This document shows positions 43,601 to 51,831 of a stretch of 64,000 nt of DNA, one piece after another. The stretch's first letter is position 1; every line of letters starts with the position of its first letter. The position numbers and the translations under genes were made by a program. Under the pieces are notes generated by a model that searched no databases, was not told the DNA's origin, and saw only the letters and a program-made list of their open reading frames with translations. The stretch covers positions 1,152,001 through 1,216,000 of the forward strand of contig CAWAHW010000002.1 in assembly GCA_963781885.1 (NCBI GenBank). Direction: 5' to 3'. This DNA is from an uncultured Spirochaetota bacterium (GTDB lineage Bacteria; Spirochaetota; Spirochaetia; SZUA-6; Fen-1364).

Positions 43601-43914
43601 AACAGTCCGTCTTCGAAACGGTGCTCTTTCCCTCCGCGTTCGACCGCTACTACCCGCTCCTGGACGATGGGTGGGCTTTCCTCATTCATGGGAGGGTCCA
43701 GGACGACCAGGGCGCTCTGGCAATCAGCGTGGACCGGCTCGTGAGGGTGTCCCGGAGGGAGGGGGAGGGCGATGACGCCGTGGCGCCGGACGCCAGGTCC
43801 CAAGCCGGGGAGGGGCGGCGTGAGCTCGTTGCGGCGGGCATGGCGGTGGCGCCCGACAGGCCGCCCCTTTTCATGTGGGGACGGGAAGGTCATCGGGCGC
43901 TCCAGTCGGGCTGA
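40654..43914 (+). CDS. dnaE2: DNA polymerase III alpha subunit, error-prone DnaE2-like
   Basis: Degenerate PHP domain; 'GRGSAASSIVSY', 'FERFL', 'PPDIDVDF', 'KIDLLG', 'YSFCKPHSASYA'; C-terminal OB fold. DnaE2 rather than DnaE1 is an inference. Confidence 0.8.
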   Translation: MGVSYLHFRSHYSLLRGCRSPEEICRFARERSISAVGMADINNFYGLISFLLAAQREGVRPVVGVVVRKDRKDLFTAYVMSRQGFGCICRLLTELLTDKTGGYDPVAALQERGWEGLSLLSPHPEVVDRLAARDRAGLYVQLSYGRPFSFLAGFARDRGLLAAAVQDTTFLDESDERLYPLLRAIDLNVTLESVPSEERLDDSHRFAEPAAMQGFFSAVPDALAATERIAGEADASGIISPQYVFPSFEGMAEEETFRALVHHCEAGVWRRYGAMRPDVRERLDYELSIIREKGFASYFLVVRDIVQQCPRTCGRGSAASSIVSYLLGITHVDPLRYALFFERFLNRGRKDPPDIDVDFPWDEREKTLAYVFQKYAGRAAMVANHVTFGPRSAIRDPAKALGLPEEETAEMVRAFRQGRFDDIPAYIRESAARIRGFPRNLGTHCGGVVITPGPITDYTHVQTSPLGYPVIAWEKDGAEEAGLVKIDLLGNRSLAVLRDTLSLVEGTHGVRLEWESFDPLEDADTRDLIAGGRTLGVFYVESPATRQLLTKMERGDYENLVIASSIIRPAANRYIQTFVKRLHGAPYRPLHPLIEQTLAETYGVMVYQEDVSRVAIDLAGFPIEEADRLRKILSKKDRDLKLPDMRERFFRGARGNGVPEETVVKVWDMILSFDGYSFCKPHSASYAQVSYRVAYLKRFYPLEFMASVINNDGGFYGRQTYVDECRRMGFPILPPDVNRSRWEYTVEGLAAARPAATSVAADGGLPTSNSAEYRGRFRPPLAAPDALARHLARQPSNVAGSDRAEGALRVGLGQIKEARRDLVQAIVEERDAHGPFAGFHDFITRTPCRFEDVRVLIRAGALDSVSDGCTRPQLFFRWLSIERDKGLGFLPPAPPPLEDYPARVKLADEVRTLGIVVSSHPLTLFRPRIERFMQRRGLGPLVSSPDIPRHKGQAVWMAGILVTGKEVATKKREPMIFVSFEDEQSVFETVLFPSAFDRYYPLLDDGWAFLIHGRVQDDQGALAISVDRLVRVSRREGEGDDAVAPDARSQAGEGRRELVAAGMAVAPDRPPLFMWGREGHRALQSG
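42898..43071. repeat. In-frame palindromic insertion inside dnaE2
   Basis: 174 nt between 'YTVEG' and 'ALRVGLGQIK', containing four perfect 7-8-bp stems. Confidence 0.6.
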
Positions 43915-43950
43915 CTGTGAAATATCGCTCTCCATGGTATCCTGTCGCCC

Positions 43951-44913
43951 ATGTCGATCTGGTTCGCGCTTGTCCTGATCGTGTGCTGTGCGATTCTCTG
44001 GGACGTGGGCATCGTTCTGCAGAAGCTTGCTGTTGACGAGATCCCGCAGATCAAGCTCAACCGGTCCCTGGTGTCGCTCCTGAAATCGCGGCGCTGGATG
44101 GGCGGTCTCATAGCCTCTGCGCTCGGGTGGGGATTCTTTGTTTTCGCCCTCACCTTCACTCCCGTGTCGGTGGCGCGGGCAATACAGGGCTCGGGCTTCG
44201 TCGTCCTTGCGGTCTTTTCGCTGCTCTTTTTGCGGCACAGGCTCACCGTGCGGGAATGGATCGGCGTCGTCCTTGTGACCGCGGGAATCGTTGCGCTGGG
44301 AATCGCGGATTCCACGCAATCCAGCGCCCGGATCGAGCTTTCTCTCGGGCGCCTTCTGCCGGCGCTCGCGGTGTGTCTGGTCATCTGCGCGGTCGCCCTC
44401 CTGCTTCCAAGGATCCGGAGGATCGGCGTGCCGCGCGTGATTGCGTTCTCCATTTTTGCCGGCACATTCCTGGGCCTCGGCGACGTCTCGACAAAAATAC
44501 TGACTGAGGTCCTGGGCCGGAGCGGTTTCGGTCTCGGGGCAGTGGGTGCCGCGGTTGCGCTTGTCATTTTCTATGCGTCCGGGTTCGTCGTGCTCTCCCG
44601 CGCGTACCAGCATGGTCGCGCCGTCCTGGTCACCGCGGTGTCGGACTTGTGCTCGCGCCTGGTCGCGATCCTGGTCGGCATCGCCGCCCTTGGGGAGGCG
44701 CTGGCAGGAGACCCGCGGCTGCGGCTGCTGGCGCTTCTGGGCTACGCGACGATCATCGTTGGCGCGATCTTTCTGTCGAGATTCTCCGGTTCGGAGCTTG
44801 CAGAGGGGCTGCACAAGACGCCAAGCATAGCCGCCGACGCGGGCTCAGAGGGCCTTCGCCATCCTGATGAAGGAAAACACGCCGAGGGATCCAAGGCCGA
44901 TGCGCACCGCTGA
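43951..44913 (+). CDS. DMT/EamA-superfamily membrane transporter
   Basis: About nine TM helices; 'ALTFTPVSVARAI', 'REWIGV'. Confidence 0.75.
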   Translation: MSIWFALVLIVCCAILWDVGIVLQKLAVDEIPQIKLNRSLVSLLKSRRWMGGLIASALGWGFFVFALTFTPVSVARAIQGSGFVVLAVFSLLFLRHRLTVREWIGVVLVTAGIVALGIADSTQSSARIELSLGRLLPALAVCLVICAVALLLPRIRRIGVPRVIAFSIFAGTFLGLGDVSTKILTEVLGRSGFGLGAVGAAVALVIFYASGFVVLSRAYQHGRAVLVTAVSDLCSRLVAILVGIAALGEALAGDPRLRLLALLGYATIIVGAIFLSRFSGSELAEGLHKTPSIAADAGSEGLRHPDEGKHAEGSKADAHR

Positions 44914-45450
44914 AACGGGGTGGTAGCCGAAGCGGTCGTAGAACGCACGGGCGTGCTCGTTGTGCTCCTCGACGTCAAGCGTCATTTTGTGAGCGCCCGC
45001 GGCCGCGGCCCATTTTTCGCCGGCAAGGAGAAGCTCTTTCCCTGCTCCACGCCCGCGCATCTCTGGCACAATTGCAATGTGTGAAAGATAGAAATCGCCC
45101 GGCCCCAGATCGGCCATGGCCTTCCCCGCGCGGGCCAGATTTAGAAGGCGCGCCATGAATCCGAGCCCGTACCACTTCATAAGCAGTACCGCCGTGTGGA
45201 GCTGCGCCGCGCGCGTGGCGCGTGCGAAAGATCCGACAAACGAGCCGACGATGGCGCCAGGAAAGTTCTGATCAAGGATCACCAGGGTGTTCTCGTGCGA
45301 ATAGGGATTCGCCTTTGCAGTCTGGAGATGGGCAAGAAGAGCCCTTGCGTTGTCACCGAACAAAGCAGGCACCAGGCCGCAGTCCGACTGGAGAACGAGC
45401 TCTGCGACAGCTTCGCTTTCCGATGATTCGGGGCGACGGACAGTGAACAT
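44845..45450 (-). CDS. GNAT-family N-acetyltransferase
   Basis: 'YLSHIAIVPEMRGRGAGKELL', 'NEHARAFYDRFGY'. Confidence 0.88.
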   Translation of the reverse strand: MFTVRRPESSESEAVAELVLQSDCGLVPALFGDNARALLAHLQTAKANPYSHENTLVILDQNFPGAIVGSFVGSFARATRAAQLHTAVLLMKWYGLGFMARLLNLARAGKAMADLGPGDFYLSHIAIVPEMRGRGAGKELLLAGEKWAAAAGAHKMTLDVEEHNEHARAFYDRFGYHPVSAVRIGLGSLGVFSFIRMAKAL

Positions 45451-45525
45451 CGCGGCACCAGTCTGTGGCCCGTACGTTGCGAAGTCAAGCGCCGTGGTTT
45501 CGCGATTGTCCGCGACCCGCGCGCG

Positions 45526-45554
45526 TTGACAGCCCATTCTGCACCGTCTATCCT
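45526..45554 (+). promoter_or_regulatory. tRNA promoter
   Basis: TTGACA-N17-TATCCT. Confidence 0.7.
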
Positions 45555-45572
45555 GACGACCGTTCCCCACAC

Positions 45573-45646
45573 GGGCGGCTAGCTCAGCTGGTTAGAGCGA
45601 TTGGTTTACACCCAATAGGTCGGGGGTCCGAATCCCTCGCCGCCCA
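45573..45646 (+). tRNA. tRNA-Val(TAC)
   Basis: Acceptor stem GGGCGGC/GCCGCCC; D-arm GCTC...GAGC; anticodon arm ATTGG-TTTACAC-CCAAT; CCA not encoded. Confidence 0.95.
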
Positions 45647-45747
45647 TCGATAAGGCTTTTCGCATGAATGGATTATCGTTAGGGCCTCGTCCTGCCGGGA
45701 CGCCGCAGCCTATATTGGCAATTCGATTGTACCCCTGCCGCTTCGGG

Positions 45748-46581
45748 TTATTTTGATATTCCGGCCGTCACTCCTCTGACAAGATGTTTCTGGAACAAGA
45801 GAAAGAAGACAATCGTTGGAAGGCTGCTGAAAAGCAGTGCCGCGAAGAGGACGGGATAGTTCGTCAGCCGATGGCTCGTGAGCAGGGCCACGCCAACGGT
45901 GACCGTCCTCTTCAAGGGGTCCTGGAGGAAGATGAGAGAAATCAGGAATTCGGTCCAAATGTTCACGAACTCCAGCACGGCAAGAGAGGCAATCGCTGGG
46001 CGGGCAGTGGCGATCATCAATCGCCAGAACACCTGGTTGTACGTGAGCCCGTCGATCATTCCCGCCTCGATCAACTCGTCCGAGATTTTCGAGAAGTACG
46101 CACGCATGAGATAGACCCCGAAAGGCGCAAAGACCGCAGAATAGATCAGGATGATCAGCCAGTAGGAGTTGACAAGCCGCAGACCCGCCATCTGGACGTA
46201 GAGCGGGACCACAATAACCTGCACGGGAACCATTTGAAAGCTGATAACACCGACGAAGGCGGCCGAACGGCCTGGAAAACGGAGTTTTGCGAAGGAGAAC
46301 CCGGCGAGGAGAGAGACGACGATGATGAGGGCAACGGCGCCGACTGTGACGATCACCGAGTTGGCGAATCCTCGGAAAATGTCTGTCACGGCGAACATCG
46401 TTCGGATGCTATCCATTGTCCACGCGGTGGGTAGACCGTTCGGATTGGTGTAGTAGCCCGCCATCGTCTTGAAGGAGTTCATGGCGAAGTAGAGGAACGG
46501 ATACACGCAGGTGATCGAAAGGATCAGGAGAACGCCGTAGACAAGGATTGATTCCAGCAGCCCTTTTCGTCGCACCTCCAT
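45748..46581 (-). CDS. Carbohydrate ABC transporter permease
   Basis: 'ELIEAGMIDG'; C-terminal 'GVTAGISK'. Confidence 0.9.
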   Translation of the reverse strand: MEVRRKGLLESILVYGVLLILSITCVYPFLYFAMNSFKTMAGYYTNPNGLPTAWTMDSIRTMFAVTDIFRGFANSVIVTVGAVALIIVVSLLAGFSFAKLRFPGRSAAFVGVISFQMVPVQVIVVPLYVQMAGLRLVNSYWLIILIYSAVFAPFGVYLMRAYFSKISDELIEAGMIDGLTYNQVFWRLMIATARPAIASLAVLEFVNIWTEFLISLIFLQDPLKRTVTVGVALLTSHRLTNYPVLFAALLFSSLPTIVFFLLFQKHLVRGVTAGISK

Positions 46582-46606
46582 CTGCCGCCACTCCCCCCTT
46601 CTGCTG

Positions 46607-47500
46607 CTATAGCGGTCGCAGGAACTTGATCTGAACCACAGAGATCAGGAAGGTCACGAGGAAAAGGATCACTCCGATCGCCGAGGCGTGCCCGTATTGC
46701 TGGTTGTTGAAGGCGTCTTGGTAGATGTAATACTCCATCGTTGTCGTGGAGAATCCCGGGCCCCCGCCGGTCATCACGTAGATGAGACTGAACATCTGCG
46801 TGAACGCGGCAATGACGCACAGCACCATGAATAGCCCGATGTACGTGCGCATCTGGGGGACCACGATTCGCCAGAACGTGGTCCACGTGCTCGCGCCATC
46901 GATGTGCGCGGCCTCGGTCACCTCGTCCTGCAGCGTTGCGAGACCCGCCAAGTAGATGATCATCCCGACACCGATGTAGGCCCAGATGAGCGTGACAATG
47001 ACCGCGGTGAACGCAGTCGGTCCCGACTGCCACCAGTCGACCTTCGGCAATCCCACCAGGTGGAACAATTCGTTCAACGGGCCGTTGAACGAAAAAATGA
47101 ACTGCCATGTGATGCCGATCACGGGCCATGACAGGGCCACGGGCGCGTAGAGGATCATCCGAAAGGCTCGCCAACCCCGGATCTGGCCATGCAGGAAGAA
47201 CGCGATCAGTAATGGAAGAATCACCCAGATTGGAATCGTCGCGAGGAGGATGACATTGTTCAGCGCGATTCGCCGGAATATGGAGCTCGTGAACAGCTTC
47301 AGGAAGTTCTCAAGACCGACAAAGCGCGCAGTGATGCCATTCCAGTCGAAGAAGCTGTAGTAGAAAGTCTGACAGATCGGATACAGGAGGAAGCACGCAA
47401 GGACGATGAGGGCGGGAAGCGCGTAGAGCACGCCCGTCGCGGCCGCTTGGCTCCGCAGCGATCGGGTGCGCCCGCCCGCGGCTGACATGGGTCGTTTCAC
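46607..47500 (-). CDS. Carbohydrate ABC transporter permease
   Basis: 'FVGLENF', 'EAAHIDGA', 'MTGGGPG'. Confidence 0.9.
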   Translation of the reverse strand: MKRPMSAAGGRTRSLRSQAAATGVLYALPALIVLACFLLYPICQTFYYSFFDWNGITARFVGLENFLKLFTSSIFRRIALNNVILLATIPIWVILPLLIAFFLHGQIRGWRAFRMILYAPVALSWPVIGITWQFIFSFNGPLNELFHLVGLPKVDWWQSGPTAFTAVIVTLIWAYIGVGMIIYLAGLATLQDEVTEAAHIDGASTWTTFWRIVVPQMRTYIGLFMVLCVIAAFTQMFSLIYVMTGGGPGFSTTTMEYYIYQDAFNNQQYGHASAIGVILFLVTFLISVVQIKFLRPL

Positions 47501-47567
47501 CGGGTCTCCAAGATCTCCGGGCGAACCGGGCGCCCCGTTCGGGTGCCGCCCGGTTCCGCGCCCGCTT

Positions 47568-48899
47568 TCATTCCGTCTTGTCGCTGTCTGACAATCCGTC
47601 CCACGCCTGTTGCACCACTGTCAGCGCATCGGCTGCCGAAACCTTTTGCGTGAGCGCCAGCTGGAACTCTTTGTTCAATGCGTCCATCACGCTCGGCTGG
47701 ATGAGATTGTCGAACATCGGCCATAGCTTGTTTTTCGGTGCGAGGGTCATGATTTGTTCGTACATGGCCTTCTGTACCGTGTTGACAAAATCCGTTGTCG
47801 ATGCGTCGCTGTTCGTCCCGGGAAGGAGGCCGGCCTTGACGGCGGCGGCCCGCACGGGTGGGGTCAGCGCTGCCTTTAGGAACGCCACGCCGAGCCCCGG
47901 ATACTTGCTGTAGTTCGTGACGGAGGTCATGACCCCGGGGTAGGCGACCAAGTCTCCTTCAGACGCCGCCCCCGGATCCTGTGGTATCACGATGTATCCG
48001 AGGTTCTCGATTCCGGGCGACGGGGCGAAGACCGGCAGGTCGTAACTACCGCTTCCCAGATACATCGCGGTCTTTCCAGTCGCGAAGAGTTCCTGGGGAT
48101 TCTTGTTCGACAGGAGGTCCTGGTTGCTGTTTCCGCTTGTGTAGAGGCTCACCATGCGGGTCATCGCGGCGACGATCCGGGGATCCGTCCATTTGATCTT
48201 GCCGGTCCGCAGATCGTTGATCTGTTCGGCCGTGATGAAATTCATGAGATAGTAGGTGAACTCGTTTTGGGATTGGTAGCCGCCCTGGAAGTTCTGGCCG
48301 GATGCCAGCGGCACGATGCCCGCGTTCTTGAGACGGGAGATGTCATCGAGAAACTCGGCATAGGTGGCCGGCAGCTTGGTGATCCCGGCCTTCGCGAAAA
48401 GTTCTTTGTTGTACCATCCTGAGTAGGTTTGCAGCTCCTCGAAGACGACGCCATAGATGGTTCCCGTGCGGCTGAATCCATCCGCTGCGTATTGCAGCCC
48501 TATCATCGAGTTTTTCTCCGCGTCAGTGAGCTCTTTGTTCAGGGGCAGCAGGAATTGCTTGTAGCGCAGGCCGTACAAGCCTGACCAGAGGTCGACGATG
48601 TCGGGACCGGTTTTTGCAACCGATGACGATTGGAACAAGGCGAAGAACTGCTCGTTGGTCGGCTGATGCACGATCTCGACGTGGTTGCCTGGACTCGCTC
48701 TCTCGAACTCCTTCACGGCTGCTTCGATGACCGCCGTCTCAGGGTCCGTGGGAGCAAACTGGGTCCAGTACTTCAGAGTTGTGCCAGCGGGCGCGGCGCC
48801 CGTCGGTTCCTTTGCCCCGCCTGCAAATGCCAAGACGGGCAAGACCACGAGAAGGCCCAGGACCGCCAACATATGCTTGGCACGCGGATACAGTTTCAT
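47568..48899 (-). CDS. Carbohydrate ABC transporter solute-binding protein
   Basis: AAGGAGG RBS; signal 'AFAGGAKE'; 'YNKELFAKAGI..LPATY', 'FATGKTAM'. Confidence 0.9.
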   Translation of the reverse strand: MKLYPRAKHMLAVLGLLVVLPVLAFAGGAKEPTGAAPAGTTLKYWTQFAPTDPETAVIEAAVKEFERASPGNHVEIVHQPTNEQFFALFQSSSVAKTGPDIVDLWSGLYGLRYKQFLLPLNKELTDAEKNSMIGLQYAADGFSRTGTIYGVVFEELQTYSGWYNKELFAKAGITKLPATYAEFLDDISRLKNAGIVPLASGQNFQGGYQSQNEFTYYLMNFITAEQINDLRTGKIKWTDPRIVAAMTRMVSLYTSGNSNQDLLSNKNPQELFATGKTAMYLGSGSYDLPVFAPSPGIENLGYIVIPQDPGAASEGDLVAYPGVMTSVTNYSKYPGLGVAFLKAALTPPVRAAAVKAGLLPGTNSDASTTDFVNTVQKAMYEQIMTLAPKNKLWPMFDNLIQPSVMDALNKEFQLALTQKVSAADALTVVQQAWDGLSDSDKTE

Positions 48900-48910
48900 C
48901 GATCCCTCCT

Positions 48911-48973
48911 TGACCGAACTTCGGTCAGTTTGACGTCAAACCTGCATATAGCACAGTCACACTGTGCTGTCAA
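48911..48973 (-). promoter_or_regulatory. SBP promoter with three stacked palindromes, including a LacI-type operator
   Basis: Minus strand TTGACA-N17-TATATG; palindromes at 48911-48927, 48928-48941 (GTTTGACGTCAAAC) and 48950-48968. Confidence 0.75.
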
Positions 48974-48986
48974 CGGGCTTTTTGCC

Positions 48987-49382
48987 TCAGGTCTGCAACG
49001 CGAGCCCCATCATGCCAATGTAGGCGAGATTCGCCTGCGTGACATCCATCCTGCCGTACTGGATGACCACATCGATGTCGCTCTGGAACCGAAGCGCGTA
49101 CTGCGTCCGACGGGGGATCTGGATGCCGCCGATCTCGGCGGGATGGTCCATCCTCAAGCAGGTGATCCGTCTGGCTGCGACGGTGAGAGGGACGCCGGTT
49201 TGCGGCTCCCTGTCCTGGAAATACACGTCCATAAGAACGTTGGCCGGCCGGTCGTGACAGTTGAGAATCATGATCGCCTCGTGTCCTTCATAGCCCGAGT
49301 CGAGCTCCGGGTTTTGAGTCGGCATCCAGCCGTCGGCGACAAACCATGTCTTCGCGCCGTTCCGTTGTTCAGCGGTCATCAC
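48987..49382 (-). CDS. Anabaena sensory rhodopsin transducer (ASRT)-family protein
   Basis: 'W.VADG..P', 'HEAI.ILN', 'YFQDREP', 'V.ARR', 'SD..VV.QY.R.D..Q'. Confidence 0.85.
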   Translation of the reverse strand: MMTAEQRNGAKTWFVADGWMPTQNPELDSGYEGHEAIMILNCHDRPANVLMDVYFQDREPQTGVPLTVAARRITCLRMDHPAEIGGIQIPRRTQYALRFQSDIDVVIQYGRMDVTQANLAYIGMMGLALQT

Positions 49383-49395
49383 GACCTCCTTCGGC

Positions 49396-50565
49396 TCATT
49401 TTTTCGAGTGATTTGCGCACAACTGGCGGATCAACGGCGTGAGGGATTCAGGCCCTGACTCGGTGATGACAAAGCCTTCCTCGATCCGGTTTGACCCGCA
49501 CGGGTGGCCGAAAAGGGAGATGTCGGAATTGACGCACATGTTGGCGAGCAGGTCGTAAGCGGAGCTCGCGTCCGGGTACGGTGACTCTGCCTCGGCCAGC
49601 CCGATTCCGTGCATGGGAGGATACACGTCGTAGCGTTCGTAGCCGTGCCTCTTGAATACCTGCCGTACTGCCTCCACCATGCCGGCGGCCCGGGTTCCTC
49701 CCTTCAGATACCCCAGTTGGACGTTCGCTGCCTCGAACAAAACGTCGAGCATCTCGCGTTGCTCGGCCGACGCCGTGCCGGCGACAAATGGGTACTCGAC
49801 GGTCGCGGTGTAGCCTTCGTATTGCACCGCGAGAGCGGACATGATCATATCGCCGTCCTTGATGATCCGCGACGTCGGACGGCCGATAATGGTGTTGGTC
49901 CGCGGTCCGCTCCCGAACACATGGAAGGTGATCGCCTCTGCGCCCTCACGTCGCGCAGCGCCCTCGGCCGAGCCCGCGGCAAAGAGTTCGGTATTTCCTG
50001 GGACGGCGGTTTCGAGCAGCTTGGAATAGCCCGCGCAGGCGATCCGCCCGGCCTCCCGCAGACAACTGATCTCGGCCGGGCTCTTGATTACACGCATCTT
50101 CTGTATGAGCTCGTCCGCCGGGACGATCTGCAGATCCTTTCGGGAGGCCGTGAGGCGTTCGCGGATGACGGCGGGAACGTCGAACGTACCGACGAGCCCA
50201 ATGGTGCGGCCGCTCCCCAAGACCTCGTCCACGATCTCCGCGAAGCTCGAAAAGACCGCGAGAGGATAGTCGATCTCCTCCGGCACCGACACGCATGCGA
50301 AGTCCTTTACATTTCGGACGTCGGACCACACCGATTGCTCGCGAGCATAACGCTCGCCTTCGGGAGCACCCGCGAGGATGGGCGAGCCGTACCTGCCAAT
50401 GAAGCACATCCCGCGCTCGAATATGGGCCAGAAGTTGCTTACGTAGCGCAAGTTTTCCTTTCGATACTCGTCACCGTAGACCGCGAGGGCGTCGATTCTT
50501 CTCTTCGCCATCTCAACGCGGATACGATCGATCCGCTGCTCAAACTCTTCTCTCTGTATCCTCAC
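49396..50565 (-). CDS. M24/creatinase-fold hydrolase
   Basis: Creatinase N-domain ('NLRYVSNF'); 'MRVIKSPAEI', 'HGIGL', 'RIEE'; AGGAG RBS with GTG start. Confidence 0.85.
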   Translation of the reverse strand: MRIQREEFEQRIDRIRVEMAKRRIDALAVYGDEYRKENLRYVSNFWPIFERGMCFIGRYGSPILAGAPEGERYAREQSVWSDVRNVKDFACVSVPEEIDYPLAVFSSFAEIVDEVLGSGRTIGLVGTFDVPAVIRERLTASRKDLQIVPADELIQKMRVIKSPAEISCLREAGRIACAGYSKLLETAVPGNTELFAAGSAEGAARREGAEAITFHVFGSGPRTNTIIGRPTSRIIKDGDMIMSALAVQYEGYTATVEYPFVAGTASAEQREMLDVLFEAANVQLGYLKGGTRAAGMVEAVRQVFKRHGYERYDVYPPMHGIGLAEAESPYPDASSAYDLLANMCVNSDISLFGHPCGSNRIEEGFVITESGPESLTPLIRQLCANHSKK

Positions 50566-50577
50566 GCGGTGCTCCTG

Positions 50578-50628
50578 GTTTGACGTCAAACTGATTTCAT
50601 CATATTCTCGTGGATCAGTAGTTGTCAA
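50578..50628 (-). promoter_or_regulatory. Promoter and second copy of the GTTTGACGTCAAAC operator
   Basis: Minus strand TTGACA-N18-TATGAT; palindrome at 50578-50591 between the -10 and the RBS. Confidence 0.78.
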
Positions 50629-50672
50629 GAAGAAAAAGACCGAGTAAAGCTTCAGGCAGACAGGACAGAGGA

Positions 50673-51740
50673 GTGAAGAAAGCAAGGCGGCCAGGGCGAA
50701 AGAAACCGACGATCAGGGACATCGCCACGAAAGCGGGGGTGTCGGAGACTACCGTCTCCCTCGCCTTCCAAGCGGGCTCGCGGATAAGCCGGACGACCCG
50801 GGATCGACTGCTAAGAATCGCGCGCGAGCTGAACTACGTGCCGCATACGGCGGCCCGCGAGCTTCGGCGAGGCAGAACGGGAACGGTTGGAATAATCGTG
50901 AACGACATCACCAACCCCTTCTATGGCTGGATGATTCGTCTTGCGGCACACGTCGTCAACGAACGCGGCTTCCAGCTCGTCTTTGGCGAGCTGGAGTGGG
51001 ACCCGCGGAAGGAGGAGGCGGTCCTCACCAACATGATTCAGGGTCGTGTCGAGGGTTTGATCCTGTGTTCCACCGAGAAGCTTCCGGCGGCCTCCAGGAC
51101 ACTGAAAGGTCTGGAGCTCCCCTACATCATGGTCGACACCTGCCCTGAGGATTACAATGGCCCGTACGTCATCAATGACGCCTTCGCGTCTGGATACAAG
51201 GCAACGCAGCACCTCGTCGAGATGGGGTGCACGCGTATTGCGATGTTCGACGCTGACAGGGACATGGTCGATTTCAGTTCCTTCCGTCTGATGAGAAAGG
51301 GCTTCGAGGAGGCCACTCGGCAATCACATACCTCAATATCTGAACACTTTCGAGTCCTTTCGGGATTGAGCATAGAGGCCGGCCGCCGGGCATTCCGGCG
51401 CCTTCTCGATCAGGGGACGCAGCCGGACGGCATCTTTGCGCTGAATGACCTATGCTGCTTTGGCATCATGGACGCCGCCGACGAAGCCGGTATTTGTCCG
51501 GGCAAAGACCTTGCTCTTGTCGGCGTGGACAACACGGAGATCTCTTCGATGAGACGAATCTCGCTGACGTCGATCTCAATCGACTACCCCACGATGCTCG
51601 AGCAGGCAGCCAACTTGCTCATGGACGCGGTAGAACAGGGGAGAAAACCCAAAGTCCGGCAGGTGATAGCTCCTGAGCTGATTGCGAGATCGAGCACGCT
51701 GGCTTTCACGCCTCGTGGGGGCAGTCGTCGGTCAAAATAG
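50673..51740 (+). CDS. LacI-family transcriptional regulator
   Basis: HTH 'TIRDIATKAGVSETTVS', 'LNYVP', 'NPFY', 'VGVDN'; start uncertain. Confidence 0.92.
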   Translation: MKKARRPGRKKPTIRDIATKAGVSETTVSLAFQAGSRISRTTRDRLLRIARELNYVPHTAARELRRGRTGTVGIIVNDITNPFYGWMIRLAAHVVNERGFQLVFGELEWDPRKEEAVLTNMIQGRVEGLILCSTEKLPAASRTLKGLELPYIMVDTCPEDYNGPYVINDAFASGYKATQHLVEMGCTRIAMFDADRDMVDFSSFRLMRKGFEEATRQSHTSISEHFRVLSGLSIEAGRRAFRRLLDQGTQPDGIFALNDLCCFGIMDAADEAGICPGKDLALVGVDNTEISSMRRISLTSISIDYPTMLEQAANLLMDAVEQGRKPKVRQVIAPELIARSSTLAFTPRGGSRRSK

Positions 51741-51831
51741 TTCGCGACTGCGCGCGGTGGCTTTGCTGCGCGAGGCGTCGGGCGGAGGGGTCCGCTTGCC
51801 GCCGATGATTCCCGGTCATATAGTCGCCTTC

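Noticed and set aside
48987-49382. Light-sensing system implied by the ASRT name
   Set aside because: No rhodopsin in the window, and the context is sugar catabolism
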